The translations under genes were made by a program, and so were the position numbers. Below the pieces are notes generated by a model. It saw only the letters and a list, made by a program, of their open reading frames with translations, did not search any database and was not told the DNA's origin. Source: Nitrospirota bacterium (GTDB lineage Bacteria; Nitrospirota; Thermodesulfovibrionia; Thermodesulfovibrionales; Dissulfurispiraceae). Taken from it: a stretch of DNA of 64,000 nt. This document shows positions 21,516 to 31,200 of the stretch, in pieces (within the stretch, counting starts at the first letter, position 1; the number at the start of each line of letters is the position of its first letter). The DNA lies in assembly GCA_040758355.1 (NCBI GenBank), contig JBFLWF010000010.1:1776-65775 (forward strand), written 5' to 3'.

Positions 21516-21848
21516 ATGGAACTGGATGTAAGCATAGATAAAGATTCCATCTCAATCACTATCAGCAATCCTTTTCGCCTCGATGTAGATGCAATTGCGG
21601 AAAAGATAGAGGGCTTTGTTTCTTCTAAAGGGCTCAGATTGAACGGCTTTGACATAAAGGGACTCCTTCCGAAAATGGTCAGGGGCATTGCAGGATGCGA
21701 AGGTGGGTGTCCTGCCAATGCGCTGGAACTCGTGAGCAGCGGATTTAAGAATTTCGACCTTGCCTATATAGAAGGAGGAATACTTACAGCAAAGGCCGAA
21801 CTGGAAAATGGAAAAGTACTTAACCTTAAAATGTTTCCGGATTTTTAG
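21516..21848 (+). CDS. Hypothetical protein (110 aa, GCEGGCP motif)
   Basis: The ORF has GGAGG 6-10 nt upstream. I recognise no family. Confidence 0.4.
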   Translation: MELDVSIDKDSISITISNPFRLDVDAIAEKIEGFVSSKGLRLNGFDIKGLLPKMVRGIAGCEGGCPANALELVSSGFKNFDLAYIEGGILTAKAELENGKVLNLKMFPDF

Positions 21849-21866
21849 GCTTAGCAATGGATTTCT

Positions 21867-22547
21867 GTGAAGAAGAGTAAAAAGCTTCTGTTTGACCGGA
21901 TTATGAAAGGCATTCCTTTCTTTGCATGCCTTTCCGAAGATGAGATCAAGGATCTGCGGCATGTGCTCGTCGAAAAGCATTTCTCAAGAAATAAGATAAT
22001 ATTTGTGGAAGATGATACGCAGAATTATATGTATGTTATCCTTTCTGGTAAGGTAAAGGTAGTGTATCTGGGCGCCGACGGAAAGGAGCATATCCTTGCG
22101 GTGCATAAAACAGGGGATTTCTTTGGGGAGATGGCTTTGCTTGACGGAAAGACAGCGCCTGCCACGGTTATAGCAATGGAAGACACGGATATCCTGATAA
22201 TGTCAAGAAAGGACTTTGAAGAATCTCTACTGAAAAACAACAGGGTGCTCAAAGAGATAATTTCCATACTCTGTACAAGGCTCAGGGATGCATGGATGAT
22301 GAACAAGGTTCTGTGCCTGCCGCGTGCAGAGGAAAGGATCAGGACGCTGCTTAAGCTTATGGGAATTCATTACGGCATAAAAGATAAACGCGGCACTGTC
22401 ATAACATTGAGGCTTACCCATCAAGACATTGCCGATTATTCATCGCTATCCAGAGAGACTGTAACCCGCCTTCTTAACAGGCTTGTCAGGGGCGGGGAGA
22501 TCGAAGTCCTTGACGACAGAAATATCCTTCTTAAGCCATCCTTTTAG
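21867..22547 (+). CDS. Crp/Fnr-family transcriptional regulator with CRP-type recognition helix
   Basis: cNMP-binding-like barrel (IIFVEDDTQNYMYVILSGKVKV...GDFFGEMALLDG) and HTH QDIADYSSLSRETVTRLLNRL. RETVTR parallels E. coli CRP RETVGR. The start may be GTG 21867 or ATG 21903. Confidence 0.85.
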   Translation: MKKSKKLLFDRIMKGIPFFACLSEDEIKDLRHVLVEKHFSRNKIIFVEDDTQNYMYVILSGKVKVVYLGADGKEHILAVHKTGDFFGEMALLDGKTAPATVIAMEDTDILIMSRKDFEESLLKNNRVLKEIISILCTRLRDAWMMNKVLCLPRAEERIRTLLKLMGIHYGIKDKRGTVITLRLTHQDIADYSSLSRETVTRLLNRLVRGGEIEVLDDRNILLKPSF

Positions 22548-22563
22548 CAAAAAAGCACTATTT

Positions 22564-22606
22564 TGTGATTTTGGTCACACTTTCCCGATTTCAGGCCGGC
22601 TATAAT
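22564..22606 (+). promoter_or_regulatory. Perfect CRP-type box TGTGA-N6-TCACA plus consensus -10 TATAAT upstream of the HU gene
   Basis: tgtgattttggtcaca at 22564..22579 and tataat at 22601..22606. The box centre lies about 41.5 nt from a start site placed 7 nt after the -10, which is class II geometry. Confidence 0.6.
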
Positions 22607-22639
22607 GGATTTAGAAAATAATAAAAAGCGGGGGTAAAG

Positions 22640-22912
22640 ATGACAAAGACAGAACTAATCGATAAGGTTTCATCATCGGCAGGAATCACAAAGGCCGAGG
22701 CAGGAAAGACCATCGACACCACCCTTAAGTCGATAGAGGTATCTCTGAAAAAAGGGCAGAAGGTCATCCTTGTCGGGTTCGGAACATTCTCTGTTTCCAA
22801 AAGGAAGGCAAGGAATGGACGCAATCCAAGAACAGGCAAAGAAATCAAAATCCCTGCGATCAGGGTCCCGAAATTTACAGCGGGCAAGATTTTGAGGGAT
22901 GCAGTGAAGTAA
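22640..22912 (+). CDS. hup: Nucleoid-associated DNA-binding protein HU
   Basis: MTKTELIDKVS...GFGTFSVSKRKARNGRNPRTGKEIKIPA; 90 aa. Confidence 0.95.
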   Translation: MTKTELIDKVSSSAGITKAEAGKTIDTTLKSIEVSLKKGQKVILVGFGTFSVSKRKARNGRNPRTGKEIKIPAIRVPKFTAGKILRDAVK

Positions 22913-22926
22913 GGAGAGAGTTTAAT

Positions 22927-23166
22927 ATGTTTAAGCTTTTAAAAAGAATCATAATTGTATGGGTGCTGTTTATCACTATCGCGGTTATAGGAGGAGGCGG
23001 CGACCAGTTCAGGTGGTTTTTTGATAAAACAGGCATTGTGTCTCAAAAGGTCACGGATTGGATCGCAACAAAGGCCGACAGTTTGAAGGAAGAGGCAGAT
23101 GCAGTAAAAGAGCTTGTAAAGCAGTGGACAGGCAGTAAAAAGAAGCTTGCCCAGAATAGTAACTGA
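22927..23166 (+). CDS. Small membrane-anchored protein, function unknown
   Basis: 79 aa with one N-terminal TM (IIIVWVLFITIAVIGGGG) and AAGGAGAG upstream. Confidence 0.5.
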   Translation: MFKLLKRIIIVWVLFITIAVIGGGGDQFRWFFDKTGIVSQKVTDWIATKADSLKEEADAVKELVKQWTGSKKKLAQNSN

Positions 23167-23170
23167 GAAT

Positions 23171-23833
23171 TTACAGTCCTTTGTCCAGAAATCCCTTCAT
23201 CAATGCAGCAGTGAATTGCTCCTCAATATCAATATCAGGCCCGAAGAAATGTTGGCTGTTTTTCAAAACTTGTGTAACGCCGTGTGCGTCAAGCATGCTG
23301 TCAGGGAGTGCTGCGGAGGGATTTGAGCTTACGATAAAAAAGCCTTCGGGATTTGCCCATACACGCCAGTAATAGTTGCTTTTATCCTCGATGGCAAAAA
23401 CCATATTCGCATTGCAGAGTTCTTTTAACGTGTAACCGTAGTTTCTTAAAAAATCGATGGGTACTATCTGTGAGGCTTCAAAGAACCTTTTCCATTGGGG
23501 GTTGGTAAATGAAACGATCCCTTTCTTTAAGGTGTGTTGAAACTGTATAAGATCCACATGAGCTTTATGCATCCTGCTTGCAGGACTGTGCTCAAGCCAG
23601 ACTATTTTGTCTGCTGGTATATCTGCTAAAAACTTGGCATAAACCTGAGTTGCGATGCGGTCACAAACATTGGTGACAGATAAACCCTTATTTTTTTTGC
23701 TTTCTGTCATCATTACGCATTGGACGCCATTGTCATATCTGACTATATCAATAGTGCATTGACCTGCGTGGATTCTGGATGGGTGCGGTATCTGATATTG
23801 GAAAGTTCCGCTGAAAAGTACGTCCATTGTCAT
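23171..23833 (-). CDS. Hypothetical protein (220 aa), no family recognised
   Basis: A long ORF tightly coupled to the upstream 80-aa ORF, apparently in an operon with argS. Confidence 0.55.
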   Translation of the reverse strand: MTMDVLFSGTFQYQIPHPSRIHAGQCTIDIVRYDNGVQCVMMTESKKNKGLSVTNVCDRIATQVYAKFLADIPADKIVWLEHSPASRMHKAHVDLIQFQHTLKKGIVSFTNPQWKRFFEASQIVPIDFLRNYGYTLKELCNANMVFAIEDKSNYYWRVWANPEGFFIVSSNPSAALPDSMLDAHGVTQVLKNSQHFFGPDIDIEEQFTAALMKGFLDKGL

Positions 23834-23834
23834 T

Positions 23835-24077
23835 TCATATATATTCTATGTCGTTAAAATCTTCGTATAGCGGCGAAGATTTGGTGTAGTAGCTTACGCC
23901 GTCTTCTTCTTCTGTAATGCATTTGTAGAGTTCTGCCGTAACAGTGCCTGCAAAGGCACCCATCACTGCCCCTATAAGTCCTCCCTTTTCAGGATGTCTC
24001 TGGTTTGACAAAATGCCTGCTGCAGTTCCGGCTGCCGTGGCTATTGCAAGCCATATCAGATAATTCGATCTTTTCAT
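23835..24077 (-). CDS. Small glycine-zipper membrane protein
   Basis: AIATAAGTAAGIL and GGLIGAVMGAFAGTV glycine-zipper-like segments; 80 aa. Confidence 0.5.
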   Translation of the reverse strand: MKRSNYLIWLAIATAAGTAAGILSNQRHPEKGGLIGAVMGAFAGTVTAELYKCITEEEDGVSYYTKSSPLYEDFNDIEYI

Positions 24078-24089
24078 TCAGCTATACAC

Positions 24090-25742
24090 TTACATCCTTT
24101 CTGGCGCCTTTACTCCCAGTATTTTTAATCCATGTCTTAAAACAATCTGTATTGCCTTGCAAAGGGCAAGCCGTGCCTTTGTAATCTCCAAATCCTCTGA
24201 TACCACCCTGTGTTTGTGGTAATAAGGATGGAACATGCCCGCAATTTCCTGCAGATAAAAGGTTATTCTGTGCGGCTCATGCGCTATTGCCGCATTCCTG
24301 AACATCATGGGATATAGAAGAAGTTTTTTGATAATGCGAATCTCCTCTTCATTGAATAGTTCACCATTAAAGTCGGTTAAAGGCTGAAGGCTAATGGCTG
24401 AAGGCTGATGGCTTTCTTTTGCCTTTTCGAATATACTATTTATCCTTGCATGGGCATACTGGACATAATATACAGGATTCTCTGATGACTGTGCCTTTGC
24501 CACTTCTATATCCACTTCGAGATGGCTGTCAGACCTCCTCGTGAGGAATAGAAACTTTGTGGTATCGGCGCCTATCTCATCCATCACCTCGCGGAGCGTG
24601 ATGAATTCGCCGGCCCTTTTCGACATCTGCACGGGCTTTCCTCCCCTTAAAAGTGTAACCATCTGCGCAAGCAGGACCCTCAGGTGTTCCTTCGGATATC
24701 CGAGAGCCTGAATAACAGCCTGCATCCTTGGCACATAACCGTGATGATCAGCACCCCAAATGTCTATAATCTCGTCGAATCCCTTTTCCACTTTTTTTCT
24801 ATGGTATGCAATATCGGGGGCAAAGTATGTGTAGTCGCCTTCTCTTTTAATTATAACCCTGTCCTTGTCATCTCCGAATTCCGTTGACTTGAACCATGTG
24901 GCGTCCTCTTTTTCATAGATATATCCACGTTTTTTAAGGTCATTTATAGCTTGAACGACCTCTCCTTTTTCATAAAGATCTTGTTCGCTTTGCCATGAGT
25001 CGAAGAAAACGCCAAAGTCCTCAAGGTCTTTCTTTATTGCATCCAGCATTTTCTTGTATGCGAAATCCGTAATCTTATCAAGTAATTCTTCATCTTTAGG
25101 CTGAAGGCTGAAGGCTGAAGGCTGAAGGCTGTTTTTAAATTCCTTTGCAAGGTCTTCTATATACTCTCCTCTATAGCCATCTTCTGGAAAGGGATAGCAT
25201 ATTCCTATCAACTGCTTGTATTTTGCAAACACAGACATGCCGAGCAGCTTCACCTGTCTGCCTGCATCGTTTATATAGTATTCTCTTTCTACTTTATATC
25301 CTGCCTCCTGAAGCAGGTTGCTGAGCGCAGCGCCGAGAGCTGCTCCCCTTCCGTGTCCGAGGTGTAGAGGGCCTGTTGGGTTCGCACTCACAAACTCTAT
25401 CTGAACCCTTCTGCCTTTTCCTATGTCCTCAATAAGAAAATTGTCCTGCTTTTCAATGAGTTCTTTTAATTCATCGCATAGGTACCTTTTTGAGAATGTG
25501 AAATTTATGAATCCAGGCCCTGCTATATCTATCTTTTCAAATATCTCCTTATTTTTGATGGAGTTAACAATATCTTCTGCTATCTTTCTGGGAGGCTTTT
25601 TCAGGGGCTTTGCAAGTCCCATGGCAACAGGGGTTGATAAATCCCCGAAGCCTTCCTCCTTAGGAATCTCGATCTCGATGCTGACCTCTGCGTGCTGTGC
25701 ATTGACTGCTTTTTTCAGTATTTCCCTGAGAATTTTTTCCAT
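24090..25742 (-). CDS. argS: Arginine--tRNA ligase
   Basis: HIGH-type SANPTGPLHLGHGR and MSKR (KMSKS-type). The likely start is ATG 25742 (MEKILREILKK), whereas the track extends to TTG 25790. It carries two heptamer-derived inserts. Confidence 0.9.
   Translation of the reverse strand: MEKILREILKKAVNAQHAEVSIEIEIPKEEGFGDLSTPVAMGLAKPLKKPPRKIAEDIVNSIKNKEIFEKIDIAGPGFINFTFSKRYLCDELKELIEKQDNFLIEDIGKGRRVQIEFVSANPTGPLHLGHGRGAALGAALSNLLQEAGYKVEREYYINDAGRQVKLLGMSVFAKYKQLIGICYPFPEDGYRGEYIEDLAKEFKNSLQPSAFSLQPKDEELLDKITDFAYKKMLDAIKKDLEDFGVFFDSWQSEQDLYEKGEVVQAINDLKKRGYIYEKEDATWFKSTEFGDDKDRVIIKREGDYTYFAPDIAYHRKKVEKGFDEIIDIWGADHHGYVPRMQAVIQALGYPKEHLRVLLAQMVTLLRGGKPVQMSKRAGEFITLREVMDEIGADTTKFLFLTRRSDSHLEVDIEVAKAQSSENPVYYVQYAHARINSIFEKAKESHQPSAISLQPLTDFNGELFNEEEIRIIKKLLLYPMMFRNAAIAHEPHRITFYLQEIAGMFHPYYHKHRVVSEDLEITKARLALCKAIQIVLRHGLKILGVKAPERM
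24382..24413. repeat. Heptamer array in argS (GGCTGAA GGCTAAT GGCTGAA GGCTGAT GGCT)
   Basis: Encodes HQPSAISLQP on the coding strand. Confidence 0.9.
25099..25131. repeat. Heptamer array in argS (GGCTGAA x4 + GGCTG)
   Basis: Encodes QPSAFSLQPSAFSLQP on the coding strand. Confidence 0.9.
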
Positions 25743-25959
25743 AACTGTTAAGTTTAAGCATCTTAATGTCTGATTGTCAATCAAACCCAAAATTTACATA
25801 AAATTAACGCTTATTAACTTCAAATTTACTGTATTTAGTAGTAGGATGTAGTATGCAGAAATGAAAAATTAAGGGGGAGGTGAGAGAAAAAGATTTTTAA
25901 GTATTCGTGGAGGGTTAGTCGGAATTTGAATTTATTCTCTAACAGAAGGAGGTAGTGCA

Positions 25960-27627
25960 ATGGGTAAAAGGATTTATGTATTGTTTGTGGCTGTTCTGGC
26001 GCTTGCCCTTGTAGGGGGAGTTTACTACACAAGCGCAGATGCCCAGTACAAAGCCGATGCAAAGAAGACAGCAGCCGAAAAACCTGTGAAGGTAGAGACA
26101 TGCTATGGATGCCATGCGCCTGTTAAAGAGCTTCACACAATGGGCAAGCATGCAAAGGTTAACTGTGCAAGCTGTCACAAGGGACTTGACAAGCATGTAA
26201 AGGCTCCAGGCCCGGATACAAGGCCTGTAACCGACACATCATGGGAGGCATGCGGACAGTGCCATAAGGAACAGTATGAAAGCTTTATGAAAGAGGCATA
26301 CCACAGGCCTGCAAGGGATGAGAAGTCCCAGCTTACCAACAGGTCGCCTAATCCATTCTGGGACAAGCTCATGATGCCGCATGGCTTTACAAAGGAGCAC
26401 AATCTTACAAGGAGCCACAAGTGGATGCTCATAGACCATCTGATTGTTGACAGGGCATACGGCGGAAGGTTCCAGGGAAAGAACGGATGGAATTATCTAT
26501 TTGAAGGCGGCAAGGCATGGGATGTGCTTGTTGATACAAAGCCCGATGCAAAAGAGCATAAGGCATTCATTCCACAGAGCGCACCGGCAGCAAACCCTGT
26601 TTGCCTGAATTGTAAAACTCAAGACCACATCCTCGACTGGGCATATATGGGAGACCCTGACAAGGGTGCAAAATGGTCGAGGGCATCTTTTGTTCCTGAG
26701 TTTGCAAAGAATCTGAATCATGCCCTTAACTGTTATATGTGCCATGACCCTCATGCAGCAAAGCCGAGAGTAGTGAGGGATGGATTAATCGATGCACTTA
26801 CAAGGCCTGACGGCGACACCCTCTGGCACAAGGATCCGAAAAGGACGGGAATCAAAGTTATCGATCTGGGCGTAAGGGGCTATACAAGAAAGATTGCGCT
26901 TCTTGATAAATACGATACAAGGCTTCAGTGCGGACAGTGCCATGTGGAGTATAACTGCAACCCGGGAACCGATACCAAGACAGGACAGCCTGTGACAATG
27001 AAGGACAGAAGGACAAACCACTTCCCGTATAAGGATGTATTCGATCTTTATGAACACTATGTGAACAAGATCAACTTCCTTGACTTCAAGCATGGATTGA
27101 CAGGTGGACTCCTCTGGAAGGCACAGCACCCCGAGGCAGAATCTTACTATAATTCAAAGCATGCAAAGGCAGGAGTTGGATGCGACGGCTGCCATACACC
27201 GAAGGTAAAGGACAAAAAGACGGGGAAGGTCTATACATCACACTTTGCAGTAACGCCGAAGGCTCAGCTTAAGGATACATGCCTGAAGTGCCATACAAAG
27301 TGGACAGAGGAGCAGGCAAAATATTCAATTGACTCCATCAAGGCATACACAAAGGGAAAGATGAGAAAGGCCGAGTTCTGGCTCTCTGCCTTAATCGACA
27401 AGATAGTCGAGGCAAAAAAGGCTGGAGTGGATGCAGAAACGATAAAGAAGGCTCAAGACCAGCATCTCAGGGCGCATATTCTCTGGGAGTACTGGACCGC
27501 TGAGAACTCAGACGGCTTCCACAACCCTGAAATGGCAAGGGAATCGCTTACAAGGTCTGTTGACGAATCACAGAAGGGCATCAAGATAATTACCGATGCC
27601 ATGGCAGCAAAAACAGCTGCAAAATAA
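25960..27627 (+). CDS. Octaheme cytochrome c, nitrite-reductase-like (ONR/TvNiR type; CXXCK at the 4th heme site)
   Basis: Signal/anchor VLFVAVLALALVGGV. Heme motifs in order: CYGCH, CASCH, CGQCH, CLNCK, CYMCH, CGQCH, CDGCH, CLKCH. Confidence 0.75.
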   Translation: MGKRIYVLFVAVLALALVGGVYYTSADAQYKADAKKTAAEKPVKVETCYGCHAPVKELHTMGKHAKVNCASCHKGLDKHVKAPGPDTRPVTDTSWEACGQCHKEQYESFMKEAYHRPARDEKSQLTNRSPNPFWDKLMMPHGFTKEHNLTRSHKWMLIDHLIVDRAYGGRFQGKNGWNYLFEGGKAWDVLVDTKPDAKEHKAFIPQSAPAANPVCLNCKTQDHILDWAYMGDPDKGAKWSRASFVPEFAKNLNHALNCYMCHDPHAAKPRVVRDGLIDALTRPDGDTLWHKDPKRTGIKVIDLGVRGYTRKIALLDKYDTRLQCGQCHVEYNCNPGTDTKTGQPVTMKDRRTNHFPYKDVFDLYEHYVNKINFLDFKHGLTGGLLWKAQHPEAESYYNSKHAKAGVGCDGCHTPKVKDKKTGKVYTSHFAVTPKAQLKDTCLKCHTKWTEEQAKYSIDSIKAYTKGKMRKAEFWLSALIDKIVEAKKAGVDAETIKKAQDQHLRAHILWEYWTAENSDGFHNPEMARESLTRSVDESQKGIKIITDAMAAKTAAK

Positions 27628-27637
27628 TCATAAACAA

Positions 27638-27672
27638 AAAAGGCGGGGCATAAGCCCCGCCTTTAAGTTTTT
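27638..27672 (+). terminator. Rho-independent terminator after the octaheme cytochrome gene
   Basis: aggcggggc-ataa-gccccgcct followed by ttaagttttt. Confidence 0.8.
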
Positions 27673-27706
27673 ACAAAAACCCAAAGGATTGGAGGGGAAG
27701 GGGAGT

Positions 27707-28216
27707 ATGGATATGAAAAGGATTATAATTTTTCTGATATTGATATTATGCGGCATGGCCGGACTCTATGTTTCCACAGGATACGGCCATAGAAACAGCG
27801 CTCCGAATCTTGAATGTATAAGCTGCCACGAAGGAGAAATGGTTCAGAATATGGTAAAGGTTCAGGGATTGCCTAAAAATTATGTTCCGGGCAAGACATA
27901 CAATTTAACAGTGGTTGTAACAAGCGACCTCGATAGCATGAGCGAATGCAAAGGAGGTTTTGCAATCGAGGCATCTGCAGGGAAATTGGTAGTCAAGGAC
28001 AAAAAAAATACCCAGTTGAGCAATGGAATATTAACCCATACACAGGAAGGCTCGGGATTAAGAAAATGGAATTTTAGCTGGAAGGCACCATCAGAGAAAA
28101 TCGATGCAAGCATTACGGTGATGGCGGTTGCAGCTAACGGGGATTATTCACCGTTTGGCGATAAGGTGGGTGCCGATAGCTATACAATTCATTACACAGG
28201 CAAGTCAACAAAGTAA
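27707..28216 (+). CDS. Secreted monoheme c-type cytochrome with C-terminal beta-sandwich-like domain, function unknown
   Basis: ATG 27707 after GGAGGGG. Signal peptide MDMKRIIIFLILILCGMAGLYVS and a single CISCH motif. The remainder, GGFAIEASAGKL...WNFSWKAPSEK...AVAANGDYSPFGD, is reminiscent of Reeler/DOMON-type patterns (weak, from memory). Confidence 0.6.
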   Translation: MDMKRIIIFLILILCGMAGLYVSTGYGHRNSAPNLECISCHEGEMVQNMVKVQGLPKNYVPGKTYNLTVVVTSDLDSMSECKGGFAIEASAGKLVVKDKKNTQLSNGILTHTQEGSGLRKWNFSWKAPSEKIDASITVMAVAANGDYSPFGDKVGADSYTIHYTGKSTK

Positions 28217-28247
28217 TTCATATAAACAAAAAAAGAGGAGGTCATAG

Positions 28248-31200
28248 ATGAAACTCAGCAGAAGAGATTTTCTAAGGGCAAGTGCCATAACAGCCGCTGC
28301 TGCAGCAGCAGGTATTGCAAGGCCTGAAATGCTTCTGGCTGCGGCGCCTGTTAAGTCCTTTCCAGTAGGGCAATGCAGGTTCTGTGCAGTCGGATGCACC
28401 ATGATAGCGGACTGTGAGGTTGATGCCGCAGGCAAGGTCACAAGGGTAGTAGCATTAAAGGGAGACCTGAAGAGTCCTGTAAATAGGGGCGTTCTTTGTA
28501 CTAAAGGTTTCTATCTCCATAAGGCCATTGCGTATAAAGACAGGCCCAAAGGCGCCCTTGTAAGAAAAGAATGGATTAATCCGAAAACAGGGAAGCCTGA
28601 TTTGAATAACTCTCCGAGGGTTCTTCAGGGAAAGACAACAAAAGACCCGAAGGGTTTAAAGCCATCGGAAGTGGATTTAAAGGAGAATTTTGCCCTCGTG
28701 CCGTGGGAGGATGCGATCAACTTTGTTGCCGATGCAGTAGAAAAATCCATAAAAGAGCATGGCAAGCACAGCGTTGCATTCTATGGAAGCGGCCAGTTGG
28801 GTACAGAAGAGACACATATTATGAACAAGGTCTTCAAGGGCGGAGGTGCATTGGCAAATAACGCCATCGAGGGACAGCCGAGGACATGCATGGCATCTGC
28901 GGTCGTTGGCTACCTCTACACCTTTGGAAAGGATGAGCCTTATGGATGTCTCGATGATATCGATGTGCCTGACCCTGACTTCAAAAAGCACGCAGATACG
29001 CTTTTCATAATCGGCAACAATACTGCAGAGGCACATCCGATAATCTTTAACAGGATGGCAGCAGCAAAATCAAAGAACCCCAATATGAAGGTGATACTTG
29101 CTGACCCGAGAAAGACCCGTTCCGGCACAATCGCCGATCTATGGCTGCCGTTTGCAACAGGCAGGGATCTTGTGCTTTTGAATGCGATTGCCTACGTAAT
29201 AACACATGAACTCGATGGCGCAAAATACGATGTAGAAAAAGGCACTGTGGATGCAAAATGGAAATACCTCGATAAAAAGTTCATCGAAAGGCACGTGAGC
29301 TTCGGCATACACGAGGATGTTAAAAAGACATGGATAAAGACCACATATGGAGGAGCAAGGGATACGGCATGGGATCTCACATACTCAGCAGAGCCGAGAA
29401 AGACCTATCCATCCCTTAAGACAAAATATGCATCGGAGGATGACATATTAAAAGACCTCTATAAGGGTTTTGCAGCCTTCCTCAAGTTTCTTGAGGACTA
29501 CAAGCCAGAAAAGGTCTCCGAAATAATATTCGAGGGCGAAGCTCCGCTCGTCTATGAAAAGGCGACCAGGACATGGAAGAAGATAAGCGGTCCCGAGGCA
29601 ATAAGGCTTGCAGCAAAATGGTTTGCCGAAGGATATACTTTGTCGGCCTGGTGCATGGGCGTGAACCAGAAGCTTCAGGGCACGTGGGTTAATGCATCGC
29701 TGCATATGCTCCATTTGATAACAGGAAAGGCGGTCAAACCGGGCAGACATTCCTTCAGCTTTACCGGACAGCCCAATGCCTGCGGTGGAATCAGGGCGCC
29801 GGGCGCACTGTGCCATGCACTTCCTTATGGAAGGCTTGTTGCAAATCCCCTTCACAGGGCAGCAGTCGAAAAGATATGGACAGACAGGGCATCAGCATAT
29901 TTAAAGAAAAAGGGCGTATCTGAATCCGAAATATCTGTAGAGATGAAAAAGATCAAGATACATGACAAGCCCGGTCCGCATACGGTTGAGATGTTCAGGC
30001 GCCTCGGTGCAGGACAGATAAAGGTTCAGTTTATATCAACCGTGAATGCAGGACAGAGCCTTCCATATGCATGGCCATACAGACTCGCGATGGCTGGTGC
30101 AAAAAAAGGAGAGGCATGGCCGCTTACCGTTACCCTCGAGGCATTTCCCAATGCCACGACAATGGTGTCAGACATAGTGCTCGGCGCATCGAGCTGGTTT
30201 GAAAAGGAGTTCATATTCGGAAACCTCGAAAGGCGGTATCAGGTCATAAAACAGGTAATAGAGCCCTATGGCAACACACTGCCGGACCATACAATCTTCG
30301 CATGTATTATGAGAAGACTGGAGGAAAAGGGTCTCGTGCCTCATGGCCATGTGTCACAGTTCTGGCCTGCTGAATATGACGGCGCCGACTGGATGAAAAA
30401 GACCGTTGCTGCTGGAAAGACAAAGGAATGGAACAGGGAATTTTCAGCCAACATATGGGAAGAGCTGTTGACCCTTTCAAAGGGTACAGGATACGACTTC
30501 AGCGGCATGAATAGAAAGATGCTCCTTGAGCAAAATCACGGATATAGAATTCCGCTTCCTTCTGAATACCATACAGATGCAGCGGTTAAGGCAAGATATG
30601 ACAAGTATCAGTCGAGAATCCAGTATGCATACCCCTATGATCCACATATAGATAAAATAACTGCTGCATACCTGAAGAACATGAAGGAGTTCAATCCTGT
30701 ATATGGCGCATGGCTTGAGAAGAATATAGAGGGTATGAAAAAGGATGAGGAATATCACAAAGAGGAAAACCTGCCCAAAGGATGGTATGCGAGCTTCTAT
30801 AATTCCAATGCCTTTATTAACGGCATGGTTGACATACCTACGCCTGACGGAAAGACCAGAAAGGCGCCGGGCTGGGACGGAAGGGCTATTGCATGGGCAA
30901 ATCCGTGGTGGGCATGCAAATTCGATGGAAAGGCATTTGCAAAGTACAAAACAGTGGAGGTCATCGAGAGGACATTTAATCCCAAAAAGGTTGAAGAGAA
31001 CAGCACACTGCCCTTTGATGTTAAGAGCAAATACACTGTTAATGTTATAGGCGACCCGAATAAGGACATGAATGCCCTCAAGAACATAGCATTAAGCCCT
31101 GCGGAGTTCCAGAACCTGCGGCATGAATACACAAAGACAGATGGAAGCAAGCTCCTCATCATCGATACTACAGCATATCCATATGGTGCATGTACAGGAA

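Noticed and set aside
6849-25131. Tandem short repeats considered as a CRISPR array
   Set aside because: The units are 7-8 nt and directly abut each other with no spacers. Arrays are 20-90 nt long and scattered, and no cas genes are present.
25768-25783. FNR box reading of ctgattgtcaatcaa
   Set aside because: The half-site spacing is 5 rather than 4 (TTGAT-N4-ATCAA). It is kept only as a generic palindrome finding.
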